Assembly (NCBI RefSeq): GCF_902652985.1
Contig: NC_047021.1
Location: forward strand, 35,960,001-36,024,000
Source of the DNA: Pecten maximus
Taxonomy: Eukaryota
DNA: 64,000 nucleotides
Direction: 5' to 3'
Shown: piece by piece, positions 63,237-64,000 of the stretch
Numbering within the stretch: the first letter of the stretch is position 1
Layout: each line of letters starts with the position of its first letter
Program-made: the position numbers and the translations under genes
Notes under the pieces: generated by a model
Database searches by the model: none
What the model was told of the DNA's origin: nothing
The model's input: only the letters and a program-made list of their open reading frames with translations

Positions 63237-64000
63237 AATCCAAGTAAATTTGCTTATTGTTCTAAGTGGTCTCTGTGTAAACCGGACTTCATAATTTGGC
63301 AGGTTTGTAGAAAGATTAAGATTGTATAGATTGTAAATTTTATAATATAGTTGTGATATATATCTTTATATGTATGTAATTAATATATACACACAAATCA
63401 GGAAACGACATTTTATCTGTGTTTTATCCTATTGTATCTGTGGAATACTGTTTATTTTATAATGATAGGTATATTGATATGTAAATCTAGAACGATAAAC
63501 AACATAACAGAGTAGTGTGCCTTGGGTACTCACTCAACATCATTGTGGGGTGCATAATTCATCATTCGCACTGCGAGAGATATATATACAAATGTATGTA
63601 TAATAAAATATCACATTTGCAAACTTGGACCAAATTTAAAAAAAAATCATCGAAAAAAAACTTATTTCCTCCAAAAGATACTAATTTTTGCATTAGATAC
63701 AACTATTTCTTTTTCACAGCCCAAATTTCCATTTGTCAGAGGGAATAATCTTTTGTTAAAAAATATGAACGCAATTTTCAATTGTAATATGTTACCTGCA
63801 TTAACACAAGTAGAAAAATAATTTATCTTCATATAACATTTTTTGTTTTGTTAAAGAACCATTAATCGGGATGTGCATTCAAGCATTGATATTGAATAAT
63901 TTTCGAGATAATTTTACAGAGGAATATAAATATAATCCATTGATAAAACTCTTTTCATTTGCTTATTATCAATTCTGAAATAAATTTTATCAAAGTCGAA

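Overview
AT-rich, intron-containing animal genomic DNA. It is most likely from a bivalve mollusc; this is an inference from the SINE/MITE families, the RING/B-box pseudogene and the CYYR1/Shisa-like genes. Two tandem + strand host genes encode type I membrane proteins (signal peptide, small Cys-rich domain, TM helix, low-complexity tail) and share intron phases 1-2-1. Gene A has 4 exons at 22822-33240 (486 aa, Pro-rich tail). Gene B has 4 exons at 37236-62185 (246 aa, Gly/Cys tail). Intron 1 of gene B holds a complete 8,604-bp DNA transposon (37354-45957) with identical 82-bp TIRs and a 9-bp TSD. It carries two convergent, spliced, apparently intact genes: a RecQ-type SF2 helicase (+, 2 exons, 540 aa) and a DDE transposase with zinc fingers (-, 7 exons, ~975 aa). 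This matches the described but mechanistically uncharacterised AcademH lineage and is the most interesting system in the window. Intron 3 of gene B holds a full-length BEL/Pao LTR retrotransposon (52107-59978, -) with 841-bp LTRs that look identical, a 5-bp TSD and an intact gag-pol ORF. The first 22 kb is repeat and pseudogene debris: a degenerate higher-order repeat, a 13-bp minisatellite, a ~2-kb tandem duplication, a solo LTR, LINE 3' ends, SINEs, nested MITEs and a decayed TRIM-like gene. All exon models were built by hand from GT/AG sites and frame continuity; no searches were run.
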